Origin: an uncultured delta proteobacterium
GTDB lineage: Bacteria > Desulfobacterota > Desulfuromonadia > Geobacterales > Pseudopelobacteraceae
Direction of reading: 5' to 3'
Assembly: GCA_963772835.1 (NCBI GenBank)
Contig: CAVYYZ010000009.1
Location: 119,223 to 183,222 of the forward strand
DNA length: 64,000 nt
A program made the position numbers and the translations under genes. Positions within the stretch are counted from its first letter, which is position 1; every line of letters starts with the position of its first letter. Of this stretch, positions 42,000-51,328 are shown one piece after another. Under the pieces are notes generated by a model. It saw only the letters and a program-made list of their open reading frames with translations, made no database searches and was not told the DNA's origin.

Positions 42000-42938
42000 T
42001 CACTTCCCCTCCAGCTCCTTCACCCGCTCCTTCAACTCCTTGATCCTGAACTCCCGGTCCATGAACAGGCGGTTGAAACGTTCCAATTCAATATTTTTTT
42101 CCTGCAGGTCTTCCACCATGGCATGGTATTCGGTCACATCCTGCACCAGTTCAAGCACCCTGTCCACAACCCCATCCTTGTTTTTTATAGGTGAACAGGT
42201 GAAGTTATAATATCGGATGCTGCCATCGGGATGAGTTATGGAATGCTCCTGGCGCACCGGTTCTCCGGTTTTGAATGCGATCAGGGCGGGGCAGGTCTTC
42301 CGGGGCTTGTTCAACATTGCAGTAGCTCAGGTTGCAGAGTTTGCCGATGATCTCACCTTTACTGTACTGTGGCCGTTCCTTCAATCGCCGGTTCACCCAC
42401 AAGATGGTAAGATCCTGGTCAAGAAGCAGCAGATCGGCATCAATGGCGGATACTATATTGTCGAGTTTGTCACGCTCAAGACCATCTCCAGCCTGGCCGC
42501 CTCCAACCTGGCCATCTCAAACTTGCGCCGCTCATCATCGAGTTGCGAACACTTAACCTGATGCAGGGAATTGAGGGTGGCAAGCAGCTTGACGGCATCC
42601 CACGGTTTGCTGATGTACTGAGCGATATGGCCGTTATTGACGGCTTCGATTACTGCGTTAATATCCGCGTACGCTGTAAGGAGAATGCGGATTGTGTCGG
42701 GATTGGTTCTGGCGGCGTTGGCTAACAGTTCGGTCCCGGTCATTACCGGCATCCGCTGGTCGGAGATAACAATTGAGAACGTGTTGTCGGCAACCAGCAG
42801 GCTTAGAGCCTCCTCGACGTCGGCAGTGGCAAATACGTGAAAATCTTTTCGCAGCAGGTCGGCTAGGCTTTGCAGAACTTCCGTTTCATCATCAACTATA
42901 AGAATCCGCGGATTATCGGGATTGCCAACTTCAATCAT
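42000..42938 (-). CDS. REC-PAS-coiled-coil protein (two frameshifts)
   Basis: ORFs 42453..42938, 42205..42402 and 42000..42317 join into REC + RDKLDNIVSAIDADLLLLDQDLTILWVN PAS + ELERFNRLFMDREFRIKELK tail. Confidence 0.82.
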
Positions 42939-42968
42939 GAGAAAACTCCTTCGCCAGTAATTGAAAAA

Positions 42969-44251
42969 CTACGTTACCAGCAGCTGTCGGGTTCTTTCTT
43001 CTGTCTGTCGTACTGCTACAATCCATTTTTCCGAGAACCGTTCCGTATCAACAAGCCAGGTCATCAGACTGGTTACTGCCTCGCTGATTCCCGCCGCTTC
43101 ATCGGCAACGGCGCCAATGATCAGGCACCCGGTATTCTTCAGGCGTCCCTGTAACTCGCCGTCCGAGGCACTTTCGAATTGTAGCGCGACAGTTCATTGA
43201 AAGCTGCTTCCGGAATCCGGCTCAGACGCTCTGACTTCAGGTTGTCGGCCGCCTCAAGCAGAATTTTGTATTGCACGGCTTTTGTCGGCAGCGCCGCCGT
43301 CAACTCTTCATGAAGCAGAACAAGCTGGCGCTCCAGTGTTATCCTCGGCATGCCGCGATTGGCAAGCACCCTTCCCAAGCCATTCCACCTGACTTATGAG
43401 CTGAGCTTCCGGCAATTCGGTGAGGGTTACCAGCCAGGCCACATCACTTTTGGCAAAACTTCGCCCCCGTTCCTGATAGCGCTCATCAAAATAGGGGAAC
43501 TCCTCGCGGCATCTGCGTGCGGCTGCCACCGCCGCCTCTATCTCCATGGCATCGCCGGGAACGGCATGATCGCCGGCTTCAGGATTGAGCATGCCGGCTG
43601 TAAAGCCCTGCCTGGCGCTCTTCATCGGGTAAAGAGCAGAGAACAGTGCCTCAAGTTGATCAAAAAAAGTAGGGCAACCTGTACGAGTCGCTCGCATCCG
43701 GCCTGATCAATCGGCAGGGCATTCATGACGCAGCGAAACTCTTGCCAGTATTCAGCGGTCCTGTCGCCATAGCCGCTATAGTAATGAGCGGTTCCATCGG
43801 TGCGACTACCGAATGTTGCAAGCACATCGGGGAGGTGGCTGGCGTTGCCAAGCGTTGTCCCTTCCAGCACATAGATTATGCCGAGTAGATTAGTCGGTTG
43901 TTCTATCCGGTAACGGCGGATACTTTCGGCAATGCTGCGGGCATGTTCGAGAGCGTCCAGATTATCGGCAATGAAAAGTGGGTCGAAGATGCTCAGGTCA
44001 CGCCTCAGATGAACGAGCCGTGACGGTCGCGACTGCAGCAATGCCCTGATTTCCTCAGTTGGCAGCAGGGTAAGTTCATGCTCAAGAGTCCCCTGGATGA
44101 CGGCCATAGCCCGCAACTGGCCGACATAACTTTCCAGCGGCAGTTCTCTGTTTGTCAGGGCGGTGATAAACGGCAGTGCTTCCAGCCGGGCATGTTTTTC
44201 ACGGATGGCTTCTTTCAATGTTTCCATAAGGTTTGGGGTTAATGATGTCAT
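42969..44251 (-). CDS. Heme oxygenase domain fused to a putative globin-like/bilin-binding domain (about three frameshifts)
   Basis: LKEAIREKHARLE (proximal His), SRLVHLRRDL, YVLEGTTLG and YYSGYGDRTAEYWQEF. It continues through 43308..43697, 43139..43378 and a final frame ending RTRQLLVT* at 42969. Confidence 0.82.
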
Positions 44252-44270
44252 CGGTCGCCTCCGTGCGGTT

Positions 44271-44976
44271 TTATTTTCCGTTACCACGAGTCAGATCAAG
44301 CGCTTCGCGCAGATTCAGAGCTACGGCGCAGCCTGTAAGCTCTTCGGGAAGCTGGGAGCTCATCCTGAAAGCGCTGCCGCCCAGCACAATACGGGGTGCG
44401 CTGCTGCCGAATTCCTTTTTCACCATCTCCACCAGCTCGATTACTTTGGGGATATTGAACAACATCGTCGATGAAATGCCAAACAGGTCGGCACCATGCT
44501 GGCGGAGCGACTGAATGACCCCGTCTGGCGGGACATTAGTCCCAAGGAAGACAACATTCCAGCCATCAGCTTCCAGAACATCTGAGACCATGTTGGCGCC
44601 GACCTGGTGCAACTCCCCCTGGACTCCGGTTACCACGGCCTTACCAAGCGATACATTGCTGATTTCCAGATATTGATAAAGATTGGACATGACATACTGG
44701 GTAATTGCCGTTCCCATATGTTCATCAGCAACCGTTATCCGGTTGTTTTCCCACAGACGGCCGATCTCGTAGAGCGCCTCCTGGAAAACATCCATATAGA
44801 TGCCGGGGATGGTATAGCCACTACGGTAGGTGTCCATAACAAGTTCCAGGGCGCTCTTCCGTTTGCCAGGCAAGTATTTCCTGAAGATACTCATCTTTAA
44901 TGGCTGTAGTCCGCGCATCGATAACAGCATTGAAACCTGTCGGGTTTCCCATTTCGTTACGGTCAAATTTCGCCAT
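44271..44976 (-). CDS. Stand-alone cobalamin-binding protein, CarH/AerR-type (one frameshift near 44868)
   Basis: Four-helix cap IGRLWENNRITVADEH (W-x9-EH), base-off motif GELHQVG, FLG, GISST and IVLGG; SD before ATG 44976; no DNA-binding domain. Confidence 0.9.
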
Positions 44977-44987
44977 GAACTCCCCCC

Positions 44988-45726
44988 TTAGTGAGATGGT
45001 TTCCGCCATTGATCCTTTATCTTATCATAACAATCAGGACAATAGCCGTGACTGAGAAACATGGAATTGCTCTTCAGAAAGGAAACCACGTCCTCCCATG
45101 ATGCTTCGGATGTTTTGACTTTACCGCATTCCATGCAGATTGGCAGGACTTCCTGGATCTTTTGCAGATGCCAGAAAGAGTTCTCCAACTGGTCAAGGGC
45201 AGTCTTAAGAATCTGATTCTCATTCTGAAGGTTAAATTGTGCCTCTACAAAGATTCTCTTCACGGGAGGCAGCTTCTTGTGACGATTGATTAAGCCGGGC
45301 CAGTTGCATGATGAGCTGCCGGTTTTTCAGGAGCAACTGATGCTTTTCTGCAATCGGCTTAAGCAAATCAAGAAGTTTTTCAGCATCCCATGGTTTGGTA
45401 ATATAGCGGACAACCTGTCCCTGGTTGACGGCCTCGATCACCGCCTCAATATCTGAATAACCGGTAAGGAGTATACGGGCCGTATCGGGACAAATTTTGG
45501 CAACAGTGGCCAGCAACTCGGCTCCTGTCATAAGAGGCATCCTTTGGTCGGAGATGACCAGCGAAACCATGGAGTTTTCTTCGATCAGGCGCAGAGCTTC
45601 CGCGACGTCGTCGGTGGCAAAGATGTGAAAGTCCTTGCGCAGCAAATCGGCCAGACTGTTCAGCACTTCAGTCTCATCATCAACAATCAGGATATTCGGG
45701 TTGTCACGGTTACCGATTTCAATCAC
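44988..45726 (-). CDS. Response regulator REC + coiled coil + C-terminal CxxC...HxxCxxC domain (one frameshift near 45250)
   Basis: ISDQRMP receiver; LPICMECGKVK...LSHGYCPDC tail. Confidence 0.85.
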
Positions 45727-47035
45727 GCTTTAGCTCCTTTAAATGTTTTCGTGGCAGCAGAATACGAACAGTTGTACCGGTTTCCGGTGAGCTGTCTATT
45801 TCCACCTTCCCCTGGTGAGCCTCCACAACCTGATGGACGATGCTCAAGCCTAGACCGGTTCCGGAGCCGACCGGCTTGGTTGTAAAGAAAGGGTCAAACA
45901 CTCTGGACAAATGTTCGGCGGGAATGCCGACTCCCTTGTCAGAAACCTCGATGCAGCAGTAATCCCCCACTTCCAAGGTGGCCAACCGGACTGACTCACC
46001 AGCCCGGCTTGCCTGGATGGCATTGACCAGAACGTTGCTGATGGCCTGGTTGAGCGGGCCGGGCAAGCAGAGCAGTGGTTCTTTGTGGTTAAAAACTGTC
46101 TCGATGCTTACTCCGTGCTCCTTTAACAGGGGGCCAAGAAAACGTATGGCAGACTCGATGCCCTCGGCCGGATCAGACAGCTTCTGCTCTGCCTCGTCAA
46201 GACGGGAGAAATTGCGCAGATCAAGGACAATTTTTTTGACCCGCTCGAGCCCTTCGATGTTAGCCGAGATCTTGTGCGGCACTGATTTTGTGAGGTAATC
46301 AAGGTCAATTTCTTCCAACTTGGCGAGAATTCCGGCATGAATATCCGGTTCAGTGGCTGCAAGTTTCGGCATGTCATCGGCAAGAGAGCTAAAGAAAGAG
46401 AGCAGATCAGCGAAGTCGCGACGCAGCACCTGTTCGTTGCTCATCACAAAGGCAAGCGGATTGTTGATTTCGTGGGCAATGCCTGCCGTCATCTGTCCGA
46501 GTGAAGCCATCTTTTCCTGATGCACCAGCATCGACTGGGCGGTTTTCAAGTCAGCCAGAGCCCCGGCCAACTCGCGACCTTTACGCACGTTTTCACGGGA
46601 AAGAACTGCCAACTGGTTATTCAGCTGTAAAAGTTCTTCCTGTAGAAACTGGTTTTCATTGTATGTCGGCTCGGCAAACAGCAGGAACTGCTCGCCAACA
46701 GGGGTAATTCGGCAGCGGAGAGTGTGAGGGATCTGATCCCCCGCCACTATGTTTAACAGGAAAACATCTTCCGGCAGAGGGTCCGCTCCTGACAAGCATC
46801 TGCCAAGCATGACATTGTCAGGCTCTGTGAGATAATCCAGAAAATTTCGTCCCTTGAGGGTGCCACTTTCGAGCATAAGATCCTCGGACAAAGCCATGTT
46901 TCCAAATTGCATACAACCGTCACCGCTGATTATAAGCAGATGAACGGCCTGTGACGCAGCAAGCATCGCCGACAGTTCCGGCAAAACTTCGGCCAGGATC
47001 TTTTGCAACTCTGTCTGTTTGCCGGAGGCGGTCAC
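45719..47035 (-). CDS. Cytoplasmic histidine kinase (PAS-like-coil-HisKA-HATPase)
   Basis: EKMASLGQMTAGIAHEINNPL and FDPFFTTKPVGSGTGLGL; GTG start is tentative. Confidence 0.92.
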   Translation of the reverse strand: MTASGKQTELQKILAEVLPELSAMLAASQAVHLLIISGDGCMQFGNMALSEDLMLESGTLKGRNFLDYLTEPDNVMLGRCLSGADPLPEDVFLLNIVAGDQIPHTLRCRITPVGEQFLLFAEPTYNENQFLQEELLQLNNQLAVLSRENVRKGRELAGALADLKTAQSMLVHQEKMASLGQMTAGIAHEINNPLAFVMSNEQVLRRDFADLLSFFSSLADDMPKLAATEPDIHAGILAKLEEIDLDYLTKSVPHKISANIEGLERVKKIVLDLRNFSRLDEAEQKLSDPAEGIESAIRFLGPLLKEHGVSIETVFNHKEPLLCLPGPLNQAISNVLVNAIQASRAGESVRLATLEVGDYCCIEVSDKGVGIPAEHLSRVFDPFFTTKPVGSGTGLGLSIVHQVVEAHQGKVEIDSSPETGTTVRILLPRKHLKELKRD

Positions 47036-47310
47036 AGTAAAGTCACTGACATAGTACCGGCAAAAATGGAACTGCTAATTTCAAGAAACCTAGCCACGTC
47101 CTGCTCCCCTCTGCTGGTTTGCAATAAATACACGACTTCTAGTCATTCGTATTAGACACTGCTTTCGGTGATAGTGACCGTCCAGATAAACACGAATGCC
47201 ACCATCATGCAGTAAAACTGCGCGCTGTTTTTGTCGTATCTGTTCTGTCATTATTTCCATTACCCCCCTCATTTAGCAAGGGAGTTAATTGTCAACGTGA
47301 ATGCAAATAT

Positions 47311-47348
47311 AAAAAAACCGGCGCACGGGAAAGCCGCAACGCCGGTTT
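47311..47348 (-). terminator. Rho-independent terminator
   Basis: Minus strand AAACCGGCG-TTGCGGCTTTCCCGTG-CGCCGGTTTTTTT. Confidence 0.75.
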
Positions 47349-47403
47349 AAATGGGATTCAGTTAAAATAATCGTTGACAGAGGTGTTTGTCAGGAGGAGC
47401 TTT

Positions 47404-47451
<48 letters not shown>

Positions 47452-47455
47452 CAAT

Positions 47456-47484
47456 ATTATTGCCACTTGAGACCCCTCTTGCAA
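47456..47484 (-). promoter_or_regulatory. Candidate sigma-70 promoter firing into the (CAGA)12 tract
   Basis: Minus strand TTGCAA-N17-AATAAT. Confidence 0.45.
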
Positions 47485-47674
47485 CAGATTTTACAGATAC
47501 AGATTTTAGTGCAAGTATATCGCTATTCCTAGTGTTTGCAATGATAAATCTTTGAACGTGGGCTTTTTATTTCACAGTACACAAAATCTGTGAGCACAGA
47601 GCACAGAGCCTGTACAACTGTTGTGAATGCCACCTTTCAACCATAGAACCGGTTTGTAATATGCGGAATTTGGA

Positions 47675-47974
47675 ATGGCGGCAGTTTATAACCAAGTTAA
47701 AATATACGACTCACCAGACGATCCCCAAAGACCGTTTTTTGATATCGATAAGAGTTACTATGAGCAAATGGTTCCGCGTTGCCTTGAGGGACCTCTGAAC
47801 CCCCCAACCGACTTAGACATGTTATTTCATGATTTCATAGAATGTGAATCAAACTCAATTTACCAAATGACCCGGATATCATGCCTTTCAGCGAGTATAT
47901 TGTCGATACGGCTTTTCGAACTACCTTGGATGAGGACACAATACGACCAAGGAGCCCGTCATGATATCACTTGA
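47675..47974 (+). CDS. Hypothetical protein
   Basis: ORF only; overlaps the start of the next gene. Confidence 0.35.
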   Translation: MAAVYNQVKIYDSPDDPQRPFFDIDKSYYEQMVPRCLEGPLNPPTDLDMLFHDFIECESNSIYQMTRISCLSASILSIRLFELPWMRTQYDQGARHDIT

Positions 47975-48866
47975 AAAGATGCGCGAGATATTCAGACGCG
48001 GCGACCATTGGGAAGTATACAACTCGTACGCTGAAATCCACCCAGAGTTCAGCGTTCAAAACGGAATTTGTGTTGTCAAAAAGCCAGAACGATCAAGTAT
48101 TACTTTTGAGGTGGTTGGTACTATGGAAACCGTTTGTTGCCACCTACCGGCAGCATCCGACGTAACTAAAACCGGTTACGGTTTCCTGAAGTACCGTGTA
48201 GTCATAGCAGATATAGATGAATTTGTGACGTTACGGAAAGTAATGGCGAACACTGCACTGTCGCTCCCGCTGCATGAAACAGAGATAACATCACGGGGAC
48301 GATTCATTCGCGCTTGTCAGAACAGTAACACCGCTACGCTGGATGATTTGTATTCGGCTGAGAAGCTGACAAATCTGACAACGACTGAAGTTGGATATGC
48401 GTTCGACACAGCAGACAGTGACGGTTCATTCAGTGCAGCAAAATGGATAATAACGAAATTCGGCGGTGTAGTTGATTTGCAGGGTGGTGTGGATAAAAAA
48501 TTGCGTGAGGTACTTAAGCGGGGTAACGTGGAAGCAGGAAAATGGCTGGTCGCTGAGGCATTGCCGCAGGCGAATATCTCGTTAGCACAGATCACGGCAG
48601 CACGAGAAGGTAATCTCGATTTTTTGAAATGGTTGTTGACTGAATCCAGATTAGCGGTCGCAATTGATCCGTGTGCGATTGAAGCGGCAATAGCAGCGAA
48701 AAAGAAAGATGTCGCCGACTGGCTCCTGGACGTAGCACCTCGAATGCAGAAGGTTGCAGCATTCAAGTACGGTTTGAAAGTTGTTCAGCCTGAGATTGAC
48801 CGGAGGGGTTTTCAGGATTATGCAAAACTGAAGTACGGCGCAACGAGGAAAATCATTGAGCTTTAA
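47961..48866 (+). CDS. Ankyrin-like repeat protein
   Basis: SD AAGGAG; repeats GSFSAAKWII, GNVEAGKWLV, AAREGNLDFLKWLL and KKKDVADWLL. Confidence 0.65.
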   Translation: MISLEKMREIFRRGDHWEVYNSYAEIHPEFSVQNGICVVKKPERSSITFEVVGTMETVCCHLPAASDVTKTGYGFLKYRVVIADIDEFVTLRKVMANTALSLPLHETEITSRGRFIRACQNSNTATLDDLYSAEKLTNLTTTEVGYAFDTADSDGSFSAAKWIITKFGGVVDLQGGVDKKLREVLKRGNVEAGKWLVAEALPQANISLAQITAAREGNLDFLKWLLTESRLAVAIDPCAIEAAIAAKKKDVADWLLDVAPRMQKVAAFKYGLKVVQPEIDRRGFQDYAKLKYGATRKIIEL

Positions 48867-48904
48867 ACACTACACAGATTGAAGCCAGAGTGCATTTTAT
48901 CTGG

Positions 48905-49246
48905 TTATATGTTCCGCTGCCAGTTTCGACAATAACGGAGAGCACAATCGATAATGGTTCGCTTGTATTCTTCTGGAGATGTTTCTCTCAGCCGAAGAAG
49001 CGCCTCCAGTCTTTCTGACGCCTCGATCATAAGCCGCTTTATTTCCTCATCGGTAATGCGACTGAGTGAAGGATCGTTCAATAGCGGTGAGTTTTTTCCG
49101 GAGTGGAGTTCCTCAAGCGCACCGTTACGAAAAGCATGTGCAGTGAGAGCGTTTGCCTCATCCCGAATGTTGAACCCTCCGGGGAATGCGGTTTCAAGTG
49201 ATTCCTCTGATATTGGTCGAGTTGTAATAGGTTTTGAATTTTCCAT
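48905..49246 (-). CDS. Hypothetical protein
   Basis: Plausible SD/ATG; protein-like composition (FRNGALEELHSG...SRITDEEIKRLM). Confidence 0.65.
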   Translation of the reverse strand: MENSKPITTRPISEESLETAFPGGFNIRDEANALTAHAFRNGALEELHSGKNSPLLNDPSLSRITDEEIKRLMIEASERLEALLRLRETSPEEYKRTIIDCALRYCRNWQRNI

Positions 49247-49538
49247 AACACTCTTCTCCAGGGGAAGCGTCACTTCAGTGATGCTGGGAAGTCACCGTTC
49301 TCGTAGGCTAATTCATTTCACGACTAAAGTAAAGTTGCGGAGCGCCATAGCGGCCATACAGAAGACTGGAGTGCAGTTGAAGCGGTGACGATCCGCTTTT
49401 AGTTTATGCGGCATTTTTGGAACAGTTATGCCCAGTTGATGCGAGGGCATCCGTTAGAGAAGTGATGATGATTCCTATTGCCTCTGACGCTTCGGAAGAC
49501 CCAGAGAGATCCTCGTGATGCGAGTTTTCATCCGGAGG

Positions 49539-50273
49539 TCACTCGATGGCGCACAAATTCCCAATCACGGAAATTCCGCCTCTTACCGCAAGCGCCTTCG
49601 CAAATTCAACCGCCTGAGCTTTCGAGTTGAAGTCACAAATGCATTCGACACCTTCGCCTTGACGATGAGTGTAGACGCTAAAAAACTCAGCGTCGTTTTC
49701 GTTGATAACGTCAACGATGCCGTCGGCATCGGTGCACCCGGCGATTTCAATGGTGTCGACGTTGTCGAGGTTGGTGTTGTGTAGTAATGTCGTCAGCTGA
49801 TACTCAACCCAGGCTTGATACCCACGAACTGTACAGGTAGCGGCAACATCAGCGCGCCAGTCGAAGACGTCGAAGAATTCATGCTTACCGTCGACGTCGA
49901 AGTTCCACGAGGTTTGGTACTCAGTCGGAGTGGTTGGTTTGAGCTCGTCGAGGTTCCAGAATACCGTTCGCACTTGAGCGCGTAGAGCGAAGAATTTGTT
50001 GGTCCGTTCTGGGTCATCGTCCGTGACGTCCTCTATAAAAGACCACGCGGCGCGAAGAACTTCAAGAGCGCTGTTATCGGGTGTTGGTATTGGATCGGCA
50101 TCAAGTAGTGTTCGGATCTCCGGAATGATCTCGCTGAGATAGTTGACGGCTTCGCAGCCGTCGATTTCTTCGTTGTGGAATTCGCTTTCTGGGTCGGCTT
50201 GAGGAAAGCGCTCGAGGATATCCCGAAGCAAGATCATCGCTGGAGTAGTATCGTTCATATACATCCCTTTCAT
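49539..50273 (-). CDS. Acidic hypothetical protein (mobile-element type)
   Basis: 244-aa ORF abutting the DUF2786 gene. Confidence 0.75.
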   Translation of the reverse strand: MKGMYMNDTTPAMILLRDILERFPQADPESEFHNEEIDGCEAVNYLSEIIPEIRTLLDADPIPTPDNSALEVLRAAWSFIEDVTDDDPERTNKFFALRAQVRTVFWNLDELKPTTPTEYQTSWNFDVDGKHEFFDVFDWRADVAATCTVRGYQAWVEYQLTTLLHNTNLDNVDTIEIAGCTDADGIVDVINENDAEFFSVYTHRQGEGVECICDFNSKAQAVEFAKALAVRGGISVIGNLCAIE

Positions 50274-50978
50274 TTACCAGGTTAAGTTTTTGCTGCTGTT
50301 TGCACTTCCGGCAATCCCTTTGTTGATACCGACTTGCCGACCATCCGCTTGCCCACGCCCGTAGGCGTCGGTGTTGATGAAGCTACGACGACTTTTGACG
50401 GTCCGTAAGACACCGAGCTCGCCCATGGCTCGTTTGATCAGAGCGGCTTTGACTGGGACGAGCGCTGTGCTCGTTATTGGAGTTTGAATTTTCTGCTCGC
50501 GAAGACGGAGCGATATCGTGGACACAGCACCGAGAAAATAGGATTGCTGTTGAAGTGTACGCTCCCGACCAGTAATGCGTTCATCGACATGATGTTTCAG
50601 GAAGTTTCGGCCGAGCTTACGGACAACTTGGTGCAGGTAGTTGAAGGTATAACTCGCAATCGCTACGTCAGCTCCGACACCGATAAACGCCATTTTACCG
50701 GAAGCCGGATAGTGCACGGTTTGACAGTCGAAAGCAGTGCTTACGCCGGAGCAGAGGTATCGCAGCCATTTTGGGAGGTTCTTCGGTACGACGACATCGA
50801 TTTTATCCGCAGAATCTGGTTTGTCGGTCGTGTCGATGTCACTCATCGCCAGGTTATGTTCGGACAGCAGCCGTTGCGCATGTCCAGCGGCGAGAGCGGC
50901 TTCATGCTCGTTGGAGCTGTTCGCGAGAGCGAGCAGTTTCTTGATCTTTTCGATTACTGCGCTCGTCTTATCGTTCAT
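50274..50978 (-). CDS. DUF2786 domain protein
   Basis: IEKIKKLLALANSSNEHEAALAAGHAQRLLSEHNL N-terminus; AYGRGQADG C-terminus. Confidence 0.85.
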   Translation of the reverse strand: MNDKTSAVIEKIKKLLALANSSNEHEAALAAGHAQRLLSEHNLAMSDIDTTDKPDSADKIDVVVPKNLPKWLRYLCSGVSTAFDCQTVHYPASGKMAFIGVGADVAIASYTFNYLHQVVRKLGRNFLKHHVDERITGRERTLQQQSYFLGAVSTISLRLREQKIQTPITSTALVPVKAALIKRAMGELGVLRTVKSRRSFINTDAYGRGQADGRQVGINKGIAGSANSSKNLTW

Positions 50979-51003
50979 CGGGTTGAGTCTCCAGAGGTGT
51001 TTT

Positions 51004-51186
51004 TTAGTTTTCAGCGGCAATCAGTTTGTTTGCGATACGTGCTTTCTTTTTCCAGATACGTCGTGAGCTGTTTTTGCCGCGATCTGCTTTCGAACAACGA
51101 TCAGTGGTGGAAAATCCGAATTTTTTGATATCGACTTTGTCTGGGAAACACGTTTCAGGAACGCGCGGTACGCCATAAGCTTTCAT
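51004..51186 (-). CDS. Small basic hypothetical protein
   Basis: SD GAGGTGG; fits the operon gap. Confidence 0.55.
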   Translation of the reverse strand: MKAYGVPRVPETCFPDKVDIKKFGFSTTDRCSKADRGKNSSRRIWKKKARIANKLIAAEN

Positions 51187-51328
51187 ATTCCACCTCGGTT
51201 TTTGTGGTTATTGCTGAGATGAGTATGAACCGCTCGCTGCCCAAGTACACACATATTTTGCATGAAATGCAGCTATTACCAGTGGTTGAAGCGTTAGAAG
51301 TTGGTCAGGTCGGCACTTCGTTCTCAGA

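Noticed and set aside
44271..44976. Corrinoid methyltransferase subunit
   Set aside because: It has ExHxxG and W-x9-EH rather than DxHxxG with an MxxVG/F cap, and no methyltransferase genes are nearby.
47318..47345. GEMM (c-di-GMP/cGAMP) riboswitch suggested by GGAAAGCC
   Set aside because: No preceding AAAC/GNRA hairpin or second GEMM stem; better explained as a minus-strand terminator.
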